A stretch of DNA of 64,000 nt from Lingula anatina. Its lineage: Eukaryota; Animalia; Brachiopoda. The position numbers and the translations under genes are program-made. Of this stretch, positions 14,240 to 27,300 are shown in pieces; positions within the stretch are counted from its first letter, which is position 1; each line of letters begins with the position of its first letter. Below the pieces are notes generated by a model. That model was not told the DNA's origin and ran no database searches. It worked only from the letters and a program-made list of their open reading frames with translations. The DNA lies in NCBI GenBank assembly GCA_051362555.1, contig CM120648.1:7560587-7624586 (forward strand), in the 5' to 3' direction.

Positions 14240-15260
14240 TAAATAAATAGATAAATAAATAGGCCACATCTAATAATCATAGTCCCTTGGTTTCCAGAAA
14301 AAAAGTTCCACAAAAAGACAAGTTGAAGATGGGTGATATGCATATTCACTAGGAGTATCAAAATACTGATAAAAAAAATCCGAAGTTGATATGACAATTA
14401 TCTCTTCTATTGATTTATTAATAAATCTGAATTAGTGTCTTAATATGCATATATGTACTGTATATTTTTACTCGAGTCACAAAGATGAGACGCATCTTAA
14501 AGCAGATATTAAACATTACATACTTTTGATTATCAATATATTTTTATAGAATGAAATAAAAAGGGTAAAACAATCCGACTTCACTACATACAGTGTACTT
14601 CTACCCAACGAGGAGTCGCAAAAGTTCGACATGTTAGTGAAGGTTTCATAAACTTATCTTTTTGAAAATATTTATCCAGAAAATACTTGTCAAATGTTTA
14701 CAATAATTTCACGTTGGCAAATCCCACCATTATAAAAAGAAAGAAAATTACGTCAAAATGTTTAGAACATGGCATGGCATTTTAATGATTGATGTCAGCC
14801 GAAAGGATCCACATCCGCCCTCTCAATACAAATTAGTTTCGTTGTCTAAGGCATCCCACGCACCCAAATAACCACATTACGTCTTGTAAAACAAAATTAA
14901 AGATGTTGGTATTTATTCAGAAGTCACTGACGTCCCTTTTTGTATTTAAGCATTTATTAATTACTCTAAAATCTAGATTTTAAAGACTTTGAGGACATTG
15001 ACGTAAAAAAAAAAAAAAAAAAGCTATAAGTGCTTGTTATATTTGAGCAGGTGTCGTTAAGGAAGCCAACTAAAAGCAGCATTAATTAGGGTGAGAGGGA
15101 TGAACTATTTTCAGCTCATGAAAAATGTCCGTGGAGGGGGTTCGAAAGAGCAGCTCAATCTTTCACGGCAATAGACCGCTCATATTCAATTTTCTATGTC
15201 AGGTATCAGGCAACGATGAAATGAGATAATGAAACTAGGGGTATCATCGGAAAAGTAAAA

Positions 15261-15560
15261 CGGATATTCCTGGGGTAAACGACGATTTTCCCATACTTTC
15301 CAATGGTTAATGAATCCATTCTTAGTTCATTAAAAGTTAGTCGATTGTTTTTTCAAGTGTGTGCTTTTTTGTAATTATCTCTTAAGATTTTATCACAGTG
15401 GGTAGCCATCTAAAAAGGTCCAATAGTCTGATGGCAAAGACAGATTTCAGAATAATTGCGGTAACCGCCGTTTTGGTGGTAAAATGGAATTTATAAAATA
15501 TCTATGGGTCGTTTACAACGTTTTATTGTGAAATATGGATCTCATACGAACAATCATCTT
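15261..15560 (-). mobile_element. Diverged, reversed copy of the TTAA/AGGGATAA MITE family (see 17901-18236)
   Basis: Its reverse complement shares the blocks cgtatgagatc(c/t)atatttcacaataaaa, attattctg, ggattcat...accattgg and gtttac(c/t)ccagga with the copies at 17901 and 38208. The ends are unclear. Confidence 0.65.
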
Positions 15561-15750
15561 CAGTTAGAGAAAACATAAAGTTCCATAAAGTTAATGCTTT
15601 GTTTATAATTATAAATGCTTAGTATTGTAAATAATTATATCAGAAAAATTATGACTCTGTTCGCGCGTCGAGCTCTGTCCACATCGTTCGCTCGTTTCTG
15701 TGGTTAAGTTTGGTAGTAGGACGAATGTGTTATAACATAATGCTACCAAT

Positions 15751-15925
15751 GGTCCAATTCAGAATAGGGGACTAGCTAGTCCGAGGGTCAAATATGGCGA
15801 CCCACTACAAAGCCTGCCGTCTAATCCGCTACTAGACACTGAATAGATATCCAGTGGGGAAGTATTCAAGTGGATCAGCCATATTTGACCCTCGGACTAG
15901 TTAGTCCCCAATTCTGAATGTGGCC
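15751..15925. mobile_element. Foldback/MITE-like element with ~55-bp inverted arms
   Basis: attcagaataggggactagctagtccgagggtcaaatatggc pairs almost perfectly with gccatatttgaccctcggactagttagtccccaattctgaat. A related fragment (attcagaacagcggactaac...atcaaatatggc) lies near 11710-11745. Confidence 0.75.
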
Positions 15926-17900
15926 AAAGTGTTTAGGACGCATAGCATTCACATTTCTTTGCACAAAACGTGATAAATGAACTTCTCAATTTGGAAATTA
16001 GGCGATGAAACACAAATTTAAGATGCCAATCTCCACAAATCTTACATAATTGGCCGCCTAAAATCAAGCAAAAAGTATCTTCTGAGAAGGAAGGATTCTG
16101 GTTTGGAGAGGTTGGAACCAATAAAGCTCTACTACTGGACAAAGATAGAAAATCGATTTTTGAGCTGCGGCGCATCATATCTCATTCTTGCAGACACCTG
16201 GTCTTTATTTTAGTAGCAACGTGTACACATTAGCTATTTATGAATGTGTAACAAGAAGGTTCCATATGTGATTCCATATAAGTCATAGTGGCATGTGGAA
16301 TGATCCCCCTCCCCCCAAAATATGTAACTGAAGTAGCAAAGAAGAGTTATTTTGTATACCTTATAAAAAGAAGAGTTATTTTGTATGCAGGTCATTCAAA
16401 TAAAACTAATGCACTTGAAACACAGAAAAAAAGAAAAGAAAATCTGAGCACCACACAAAGAAGCAAATTGCACTCGTGATAACCTAAGTTTCAGAAAAGA
16501 CGGCATTGTGATAGTGAAAAGAACGCATCTCAACTAACGCATTTCTACTGCAGGCTCACGCAAGTATCACAAGAGGGGGAAAAGGGTCTTTACTTATGTC
16601 TGATTTCCATCCCATTGTCATTCCAGTATACAACTGCACGTGACCCTCATTTTTAATCAAAGAACACACACCCATGACAGCTGACATACGGAAGAAGCGG
16701 TAGGGTGGACTTTAAGGGTACGTTCGCAAAGAATCCATCGTACCAGATCCTGCGCACACTCGCAAAAATAGAATTGCATGCTCTTTTTTAAGCGTATTTT
16801 CCGGTCAGACTTTATGGACTTTATGGAGTAGAATTCAGAAAAGCTGCTGATTATTCGTTGGAAACAACAGGCGATGTTTTTATCTGTAAATCTGATTACA
16901 TTCAGTCAATGGAGTAAGTGGGCAGTAGCTAGTGCGATAGATGCATTGTGAACGTTCCCTGCCATCACAATCGTCGACCACAATGATGCTCTAGCCGAGT
17001 CTAGGCCAAAGCGTCCTCTAGCGGAACCTGTATTTTGCTACATGCAGGGTTGGGGGAGGGCCAAAAGGCTGAAAAATTAGCGTAATGTAAGACAATTAAA
17101 GTAGACTAGGACTGCTTTACTGTATGTAAGGTGCAGAATTTTGTATCGTTTCGCTAGATATTTTGAAATTTTTGAGGGAAATTGGCTGGAATGGTAACGC
17201 GCTTGGAACCGTAGTCCTTTTCCCATCACACTGCACTGATGATTTTCGTCTCAAATGCTGCCCACGCATCTATAAAGATCAATAAAAAATACGTACAAAA
17301 TTTATAGTAGCAATGTAAAAGTTATGGTAAAACTTAGGACGTTTGCTTGATTATACTCCTTTAGTCCCTGAAGTTCGAAAGTTCGGCCGTTTTATACCTA
17401 GTTTTTGTTGTTTTTTTAGAGGTGAACTTTCAGCTTTTATAATTTCTTAAACAAGATCAACACGGAGATTATGATGTATATGCTAACCCTATTGGGATTT
17501 GGAGGTGTCTTTTTAATTTCAGAGATAGTTTTACCTCTGTGGAAATCACAGTACAGCATTAGATTTGAGAGGGTGCACGTTCTAAACTTGAATGCATGAT
17601 GAATATATAAATATTCATATCACTACCGGTATTTTGTTTTTCTGTACCATTAGTCATGTTAGACATGGTATCCGGAATAATGTGATAATTTGTGAACACA
17701 CGTGCGTCGTTGCTAAGAAAAGACATCGTTAGTGTAAATGAACTCGCATACAATATATTAAAAATAGTAATAATCATCTGTGGTGTGGTTATTTGACTTA
17801 ACTGTATTAAAACATAATTCTGGTGCTTGTTCGTATTTTAGTCCGCACATCTATATGGAATACGTTGGCAGATGAGGTTTATAGAATTCCTGAAAATTAA

Positions 17901-18236
17901 AGGGATAAAAACTCTTCGTATGAGATCTATATTTCACAATAAAAACATTGTAAACAACTCACAGAAATGTAATATATTCTGTTTTACCACAAAAATGGCA
18001 GTTATAGCTATTATTCTGATATCTGAGCTTGTCTTCAGTCCACGTGACCTCTACTGATGGCTATGCTCTGTTATAATCTCTTAAGAGATTTTGACAAAAA
18101 AACAAACTTTTTAGAATAAAACCAGGGACTAACTTTGAAAGTAGAATTGGATTCATAAACCATTGGTAAGTATGAAAAAATTGTTGTTTACTCCAGGAAA
18201 TTCATTTTTTGGCCAAAACGAAGAATTATTATCCCT
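17901..18236 (+). mobile_element. Non-autonomous DNA transposon (MITE), TTAA-flanked, Kolobok-like ends
   Basis: ttaa|AGGGATAA ... TTATCCCT|ttaa gives a short TIR and TTAA on both sides. There is a homologous copy at 38208-38533 and a reversed one at about 15261-15560. The superfamily is inferred only from TTAA plus purine-purine termini. Confidence 0.7.
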
Positions 18237-20138
18237 TTAAGTTTTAGGTATTCGGTGCAGCATTTTTATATTCTACAAATTTGTAGGTGGGATGGGCTGG
18301 TTGGGGCATAGTACCCTCCCCCTTCTTCGTAATATACAGACTTGACATTTAATATGGAATATTTTTTTCCAAATCAATTTTCATCAGTTCTTTCCTTTTT
18401 TGCTGACTGATACATGAAAACAAGAATTAAAATCGTATTTAAATAACTTTGAATTATCTCTTTGATGCCATGTTGACATCAGTTCATTAATGGAATTCGC
18501 CATAAAAGAAAACAAAAACGCATTGCCTATTCTATGTCATACGACAATCACAATCGCGTGTGACCAGCGACCACGGACAATAAAAAAATCTAAGGCGGAA
18601 GTATTTCTGCAACATATTAGCCTTGTGACGTCATAAAGTCATTTTTGTGCAACTTGGTTCGGTTATGAACGTGACTTTTGCCACAGAGACATTAAACAAT
18701 TGTCAACTGGGAAACTACTGGACGTAGCTTCTAGCTAGCTTTGTGCCAGCTTGTAAGGGACTGTTTTATGAACAACCCCGAGCCCCGCTCTACATCAAAT
18801 AACCCCTTGTACAAAATTATTGGCGAAGACTATAATTTCATTTATAGTGCAATATACTTCGGGAGTCTCCCTCGCTCGAGCAGTAGCACACATGTGGTCG
18901 TCAGGCATACTGTCGCCACTCAGATCGCCGCACGCAATCATTCCTCCACTCAGGGTATCACTGATCAATCATGGCTCAACTCCTGAATCTTTATTTACCC
19001 CACCTTCTATAATTGCTAAAACCTCGCTCTCAGTATTTTATCAATTTATCGCACCGCTCGGTCGTCAAGGTGTTCCAGCTCGAGCAACCCAGTGTGACTC
19101 GATATTCTCGCCACCAACACCAACCGAGTAAAAAATTTCTTCCTCTCCATAATCAAACTATAAATAATAAATCCCCAGAAGTTGAGCACCATGGGCTCAC
19201 ATCTTTGGATAACGCAATCTGTAAAACTGCTACGGAGATTCCCAGGTTCTACTTGTATGCCTTAAACTCTGCACACGGAAAAGAATGAAATGACTCCATG
19301 TTGTAACTTCAACAGAATATATTTTGCTAAACTAAAAGTTACATGGTACAATAAAGATCCATTCTCGGCCTCGATCCAATTTTCCCTTAATATTTAGTTG
19401 ACAGATTTTTTTGCTTAACTTTACCAATTAAATTGTCAATCAAATAAACCATTAAGTGACTGGTTAATTCAAACACCAGTCCACCCTTTCGTGGTGGGCA
19501 TAAGTTGCCGCACAACCCAATAAATCCCTGTAATCCAGATCTAACGGATTACCAGCTTGAAACATAGGACATTAAAAATTTGAACAGCTAGGTATGGAAT
19601 ATTATCTATATCTATTATCTAAATCCACTTATACATCTTAGCTTTCTATGTATAAATTTTATCAGACAAAAACTGCCACTGACTGCATTTCTACCACACC
19701 ATGTAGGAAACATTTTAAAATATTAATTATAATTTATTTAAATACTGTAGTCCCTGCAAGGCTGCTTGTATTTTTCAGAATGCGAAAATCTTTCTGTCAT
19801 TAAGATTATACAATGGGCAGTGTTTGGACATTTGAAATACGAGCACAAACATACTGAATACTGAAAACACCAGTGGTAACAAAGATGATACCAGCGAAGG
19901 AAGCATCCAGCTCCGATTTTTTCACACGGTACCCTAATAGGCGGTGCCATTACCAGAGAAATTTTATTCGTGAGTTACAAATCTTTAAAAAAAAGTAACG
20001 GTCGATACAGTCCGGTAAGGTATGGTTAACGAGGGACAGACAGTCAAAAAACCTATTTTGTTCTTGGCGAAGGATGAAGAACTAAACAGCAGAAATTTCG
20101 GTCATTTTTTGTCCTCTTTGTGGACAGAAATGGTTCCT

Positions 20139-20254
20139 TTATCGCCTCCGTCCATGCCTTGTCCACGGCGCTTGAGGGCATATCTTCCAGATGCACATTG
20201 GGAATCCTAAGGGAATACAACGGAATTACAATTGAGAACATTTTGTATCAAAAA

Positions 20255-20297
<43 letters not shown>

Positions 20298-21921
20298 AGA
20301 TAAAAGAAAGAAGAAAAGAGTGAAATAATAAACGTAGAAATAAAAACAAAATTGCTGTTATAATGGTTGATAAAGGTCATGTTTTACAATTAACGATCTT
20401 TCCATAGAACGTTGATAACTACTTCAAAACGTGTATTAAATACATAAAACAGAATATGAACGGTCTGACCTTTATCTTGGCGCTTCCTTGGTTCGTCAAT
20501 GCCTTCCGGTCTTTTTGACGTCATAGAAGAAATTTGCTCAATGCTGTCACCACTGGCCAACCTGTTTTCTAGATTTCGAAGACCAGATAATAATTTTGAA
20601 GTGTCATCGTCGTTGAACTGACCGAGAGCAGCACTTTCAAAGCCAGACTGAAGTAAGAAATTAAATGCGTGTTTGGAGACCATAAATTGGAAACCTTGCT
20701 GAGTCGAATGCACAGACTCCGTGTGAATGAGAAAAAAATGAGTAGTTACTGCTTGAAGACACTGTCACACTTTCTATATACTACAAGGTCAGTTGAGTGA
20801 TGAAATTAATAACAGGCAAAAATTTTCGCAGTAGAAAAAAAGGCATGAATTAGCCAAAGACATACTGTACAAAATTGTGTCTGTGAATATAGGCCTACAG
20901 TGAAAAATCAATCTGAGGCCCTGGGAATGGGTGCTACCACACAATGGCAAAGCAGCCGTCAGCGAGAGAAGTGCGTCTTATACAAGCCTTTTGAAATCGG
21001 CATTGTAGTTACTAAGACAGCATATTTAACAGAAGCTGAGTGTAAATGACGCGTTAAATGCTTAACAAATAATAATAATAATAATAATAATTATTATTAT
21101 TATGTGGTTAATAATTTTGCCTTATATTATCTATGCTGCATCTCACAAATTCTTTATGTGTAATGTACTCGGGGTTTTATTCCTGCTCTCAAAACAGTGA
21201 TGTACATTTATCTTGTTTAAGGCAATCTATAGTCCTCCACGGACTCTCTCCAAAGAGTTTTTCCCCATGTAGGTTCGTTATAAATTCCCTCTCTGTCTAA
21301 TAAAACAATAGCTAATACTTAACATACTTGGACAATATCATTATTCATTTTTAGCACAGCCTGGATAACTGGGTTTCGTCTCATGCTTTTATATCGTTTT
21401 TGTTTAGTTTCATTGCGAGTTGGAGGGTCAAATAAGTCAAGTTAACGACCAGAGGTTTGAAGAAGGTCCCATTTTAAAGCCTTTTTTCAACTGACCGAGC
21501 GATTATTATTATTATAATTATTATTTGGAGGGGGGAATGTGGATTTAATTTGCGTAGATGAAGTAATTTGTTTGCTTTACAAGAAATAAACACTGTTGTA
21601 CTCTCTCTCGTTAGGAATCTTTAAAACATATTCGTTTTTTGTTTTCGCTAAAATAAAGAAATTTAAATTTTAACATGTATCTAGATGATCGCGTTGTTTT
21701 TCGTTATTTCCTTATAAAAAACTAAATACTCTTACCTGTAGATCTCCATAGGCCATTATCCCGACGTCGTCGCTCTCCTCTCCTCGCCCATCTGCAGGAT
21801 AGGCCACTATGTACGTCGTCCAGACCGCAAAGGCAAAAGCAAAAACCAACATCTTCTGCGAACAGCACGTCGCAACATTAAAAAGTTGACTTTCTGCAAT
21901 GCCTGTCATATCTTGTTTCAT
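20139..21921 (-). CDS. Neuropeptide precursor of the invertebrate somatostatin-related / urotensin-II-like (CxWKxC-PxAPW) family; 3 coding exons, 143 aa
   Basis: Exon 1 is 21921-21736 (MKQDMTGIAESQLFNVATCCSQKMLVFAFAFAVWTTYIVA-YPADGRGEESDDVGIMAYGDLQ; donor CAG|gtaaga, phase 0). Exon 2 is 20647-20470 (acceptor ttcttacttcag; SGFESAALGQ...SKRPEGIDEPRKRQDK; donor AAG|gtcaga, phase 1). Exon 3 is 20206-20139 (acceptor ttcccttag; GFPMCIWKICPQAPWTRHGRRR*). Phases join cleanly. It has a signal peptide, KR/RKR convertase sites, a 6-residue Cys ring containing Trp-Lys, and a G-RRR amidation signal. Confidence 0.88.
20252..20297. repeat. (AAAT)n microsatellite in intron 2 of the neuropeptide gene
   Basis: About 11 AAAT units, seen directly. 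Similar tracts lie at ~6160-6205 and ~50237-50280. Confidence 0.9.
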
Positions 21922-21944
21922 TCGCACTTCGTGAAACTATTATG

Positions 21945-21975
21945 CGCTGAAACGTTTGAGCGTGGTTTATATAGG
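21945..21975 (-). promoter_or_regulatory. TATA box and probable initiator of the neuropeptide gene
   Basis: cCTATATAAAc on the minus strand (TATATAAA at 21973-21966), a TCAG initiator-like motif about 20-25 nt downstream, and the first ATG at 21921. Confidence 0.6.
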
Positions 21976-23271
21976 TCTAAGGTGTTAATCCCCATGCAGT
22001 GAAAGCCTTACAGTTTGACAATTTCTTTGAAGGGGCAAAGGTTATGACTTACGCTTTTCCTCCTCGTTTTATTTTCATATACGCAAAAACCCAACATAAT
22101 TCCGAAGCCCCTAGCGCCACGGCTATCGTCTTACCTCAGATTGAGATGGAGTGGCGTATTAGCAATAGTATGTATGGTCATTAAAAGACATCGGGCGTTA
22201 GAAATGGCCATTGGAAGTCAATGGGGAACCGTTATAAGATACATGATGAAAGAGTACCCTTCCAGCCAGTCCACGTGTTGTGTCAATATATTTATGATGG
22301 ATAGATGGGTGCCAAAGGCATACCTCCCCCCCCCCTCCCCCACGAAAAAGTTGATTCGTTTGGCTGATATTAAATTTACAAAGAGATTATGCGTCGTTTC
22401 CGGTGGATTTTTCATTTTAAGGACTAAGAAGTCTAATGTGCGAAAGGTACATTTGAATCTCTCAGTTAGAAATTGTAACCACCAATTATGGACACCCAGT
22501 GGGGGGTGTGCCTATCACGTTATTTTGCACGTGCTTCCCACCAAATTCTTTTATAAGTAAAAATGGGAGAAGCTAGTTACTGCCCCAATGTCGTAAAGTT
22601 AAATGGTTACGATGTCTACAATCATAAACGCAAAATAAGGAGTAAAGTAAATTCAATCAAATGAAAACCTAGAAAGCTATTAAGTGCAAGTATAATTTTC
22701 TTAAGCGTCATCTAGTGATAAAGTTGTGTATTTGGCAAGAATGGAAAATGTTATAGTCACACATGGTTTTGGTTGATTGGTTAATTTCGCAATTAAAAAG
22801 TGATTTACCACGACGTGGAAAACAGCCGGGAACTGAACTTTCCAAACATGATGTTAAAAAAATAATATTTTAAGATTTTGATAAAACTTAAAGATTACTC
22901 ATAGATATTACCTTATGAGGTGATTTTGAATAAGGAAATAATATCTTTAAGACTACGGAAAAGATACTGTACAGAAAATAAGCAAACAAGTGGTTCGTGC
23001 GGAGAGACAATTCCCCTGTATTTCTATGAAAATCGGACGATGAAAAGCGTTCGAAACTCCGACTCGTTAAATTGAACGTGGTAAACATTCAGTCTGTTTT
23101 GGCAACCCACGTCTGTACCCAGAAATTTTAAAGGAGGTTTTTTTGCACGGGGTAAAAAGGTAACCTTTTTACCTCATTATATGACCAGTTTGAGAATTAG
23201 AAAGAACGTATATCACATTATGATTCAGAATGGAGATAAACCAAACAAGCGTTTTTTCGCCCCCCTCTCCC

Positions 23272-23302
<31 letters not shown>

Positions 23303-24346
23303 AAAAAAACACCGTTACATTTAACCATACCAAGAATAAAATTTATGCTGAATTAAAGGTGAAAGCTGAAATAATAAGATTGAAACAGGTGTGACAAGAT
23401 TCTGAGGAATGGTTGTCCTAAGAATAGAAGTCCGGGGTCCCATATGATTAGTACAGGCTAGGGCTATAGTCAGAGGATTGGGGCTAGAATATGACACCTG
23501 TACAGAGTAATGGGAAACGGACTACGGTTCCTAGAAGACAATCATCCCTGTCACACCGGTTTCTCTCTCAATTATTGTATTTTTGACTTTACTAGTGAGA
23601 TTCACCAGTGTCTTGATACCCATTACACAAGTGACTCTAAAATGATTAACTTAGAACTGAAAACGCGGGTTGACAGATCAATAAATTTTGTCAACAGTAT
23701 TGAACATGGTGTTCTTTTGTGTTTGAAGAAAAATGGATCCAAAATTTCAGAAATATTCATTTATGCTACATAAAGGCCTTTAAGCCCTCAACACTTTACA
23801 CCGACGTGGTCGTAACTGCTGACTTCGAACGACACGTGCTAATAAAACAATTCACCATGAAACTGTATAATGCCCGCTCTAACGACTCGATATACCTGGA
23901 GTTTGCGAACAACAGAAAATAAGAGACTTTATTAACTCAATCGATTTTTTCAACGATTCCGCAGCGCTCCTATTTATACTAAATTCAAAAGCTAACGATT
24001 TTTGCTCTGAAACGGTTACATGGAGCATTGCCGTGAAACAGGTAACGAAAAAGCAATTGAGCTAAATCAAAGGTTGCTCATTTAGAGGCATTGGCAGAAC
24101 TGGCACAGCCACTGCGCTCCGTAGAAGTGAAAATATAGATAGTATTGTCGTTTTCTCGGTCAACCAATGACGTGCAGGACGATGACTTGGGAGACATTCT
24201 TAGAAAAATAAGGCGGATTTTTACTTTTTTAGCAGTGTTTGCAGACGGCGCCATGGTGACGACATTAAACTGTACTTACCTGACTTGACTGGGACATAGC
24301 CTGTCTTTGTTAACTTAACAAAACAAAACTCCTTCCAGAAAAAAAT

Positions 24347-27300
24347 ATGCCTAATAGACGAAATCAGAGGGGAACATTCAAAAACACAGATAAACATCCT
24401 GCCAGGCGTCATGACAGTCCCCAAGATGACAGCATCAGCCAGGTGGTCCTGTATGACAAGAACTCTACCAGAAAGACTGGGTAAGTCTCAAAGAAGACTC
24501 AAGCAAGAAAACACGAAAAACAGGATATTATACACTGGACGCACAATATATAATTGTTAAAATAATTGGCACCCAAACGCCACCCCATTATGCCGGCCCC
24601 CAACCCACTCAATTAGACCTCCATGCCTCCAGTTCCTCATTGCACCTTGTTATTCAGATGGAAGTTCTTAATTGCTTCCGTCCTCAAGAAGGCGGTTCCG
24701 CTGCGTCATTTGTGATGTTGCGCATGGTAGAAAGATTTGTAAGGTGCGGTGTTTCCCCGCGTTAGTTAAAGCTCGATATGGAAGGTGTACAATGTAAACC
24801 GTTCCTGTACTGATTATATGGAAACCCGGAGTACCATTCGTAGGAGTACCATTCCTGTTACCTTGAATGTCACTGTGAAAGGTCCCTGGAAATTCAACTC
24901 TGATATTGGCGTGCCTCTGGCGATTCCAGTAACCAACACGCCAGCTGTTAAGTCGAGTGGGTTTCCAATTGTCTTTAAAAAGGTGCACCAGCTGGCGGGT
25001 TAATGCACTGTATGAGGGGAACTCACTAGTTTCGTAAAACGTCTTCAGCCCAAAAATTGGTCAAAACTCGTAGACCAGATTTTTAGTTTCCTTTAAAGTA
25101 AAATACATGTAGATCAATAGTCGCACAATATTATATTAAATATTGCACCTGGTTTATAGCTAGAAAAACATGGCTTATGGTTCCGATCAGCAACTATGAA
25201 ATTATCTTAAGAGCTTGTCCACGAGAGAACCAGCCCAGGGTGGCAAGGTGGGGGTCAGCGGATTTCAACCAAATTTGTTGTATGGAGGCATATTAGGAAG
25301 TTATTCATGAGTTAGGAAGGAATCCCAAAAATATCCTTTCTTCAGAGAATTATAGCCTATTATAAGTCATGGCTTATGTAGCCTCTTTGAGACTCCATTT
25401 TTACCTTGGAAAAATAATGATATATTTTGTGTAAATTAAACAAAAATGGAGAAATCTAAAAAATATTAGACCTTACAATCATTGAAAACAATCATTTGGC
25501 TTGCCACAGATATATGTAGAATTCAGATAAGACCCTGCTTGGGCGAGCCACACCCATTTATAACACCCCTCCCCCCAAAGTCCAATTTTGATACTACCAT
25601 CTTTAATTGCATATATCTCCATCTTCACAGGGTTTACAGCTATAAAACTGCATGAATATTTTAGGCAGATATGGGTCATTCCAAATCAAGTTTCAAAAGT
25701 TACTGCTGTATTAAAACAGGTACTGAAAAATACCTCCAAAGTTGGCCATTTTTAAGGCAAAAAATCGTGGTGGATTCATTCAAGTCTATGTAGACGATAG
25801 GTTTGATTAATTTATTAAACCATTTTGCTCTACAATGATGTTACTAAATTAATAGGGCTGGTGAACATGGAAAGTGGGTGTGTACTAATGAATATCAGGT
25901 CAGTAGGTCAAGGTCACTGGGCTTCATATTTGTAAATTGCCATATAAGGACTTCTTAATTTATATGGACAAAAAATTTAGAGGAAATAAATCATAGACTC
26001 TGTTACTTTGGATAGGCACTGGCAATTAACTTGAGAGTTTACAAGATAATTTTAATATATATATATATTTTTTAATATCATCAATTTGGTGAATACAAAT
26101 TAAAATCTTAGTTTAGTAGCGATTTCTTTTTGGTGCAATATTTATCATATAGAGATCAGGATATGCCATAGTATTTATGATAGCAAAGCCAGAACAAATC
26201 TTTTTTAATTATCAAGAGTTTTTTTTTAATCATCCACACCACTTTTTGGTGACTATTTATGAGCATACAGTAACTAAAAAATTATTCAATTTAGTTTATT
26301 GTTGTCTCAGATGAATAATTACAAATAATAAAAAAAAATCACAAAATTATAATATAGCAATACATGCAAAGCAGTGCAACATTAGTTGTGATCATTACAA
26401 ACTATATCATAATGTAGCAAAACAAGATAATTTTCTATTCAAAAAGCAAAACTAACACAACCGCAAAATATATCCTGGTGTTATGAAACATCTTTGCAGT
26501 TTTGTATCAAACATTACAGCTCTTAACATCAAGGTTTTTAATACATTCAAAAATAACTGCCGATTTTTTCTTCCTGAATAGTCTGTAACCCTTCTTACTG
26601 ACATTTCAATCTCATCTTCATGCTCACAAATGCTAGGTTCTGCTGGCCTGTTTCTTGTGCCCTTCTAAACTCCTTCAGTAAAAACTCCTATACTTTATTT
26701 GAATATAGTTTCAAAGGTTTAGATGACTTTAAAGCTCATCCATTGTGTAACTCAGTGAGATATTCAAGAGGGTGGAGTTCTCTCACAGCTGATGTGCTTT
26801 AAGTTTTTCTTTAGTCAGATTGTTGGCCCACTAGACTTTAATTTGATCAAAAGCTGTTTTTTTTTTGGCACATTTCATAACTGTGGTCTAAAAAAGGACC
26901 TTACAAATACTCTTCAGTCTTAGTAGCAAAAGATTTCAGAGAAAACTTCTCTGGACAAGAAAAAATTTCCCTGTTTGTGATCTTGCTTGGTATAGTCCCA
27001 GTTGGCATATTTGCCTCAGAAAAACCCAAATTAACTTTAACATCAGTATCACTCATGTTAAAACTGCTCAAGGAAGGAAGACACCTTTTCTCATGTTGTA
27101 GGAATCAAGAAAGCTAAATTGTTGTAATTGGACACTCCAGTCCACGCGGGTTTGGAAGATGTCTGTCTAGCTGGATGTAGAAAATGGCTCCAACTGCAGA
27201 AACTAGGGCCTCATGCATCTCCTCAGCATTTGTTATATTGTGGCTTTCATTTACATACTGTACATGCCTTTCTACAACAGCCATCATTTCCACACTAGTT

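Noticed and set aside
18562-18582. REST/NRSE-like motif (cagcgaccacggacaa) near the neuropeptide gene
   Set aside because: It needs an insertion relative to the consensus, and REST is not an established regulator in this likely lineage.
19738-19950. Cys-rich 70-aa ORF as a toxin or defensin-like peptide
   Set aside because: It has no signal peptide or splice support and lies just downstream of the neuropeptide stop codon, probably in its 3' UTR.
20390-20713. 107-aa ORF as a standalone gene
   Set aside because: Only 20647-20470 is exonic (exon 2 of the neuropeptide precursor). The flanks are intron read-through.
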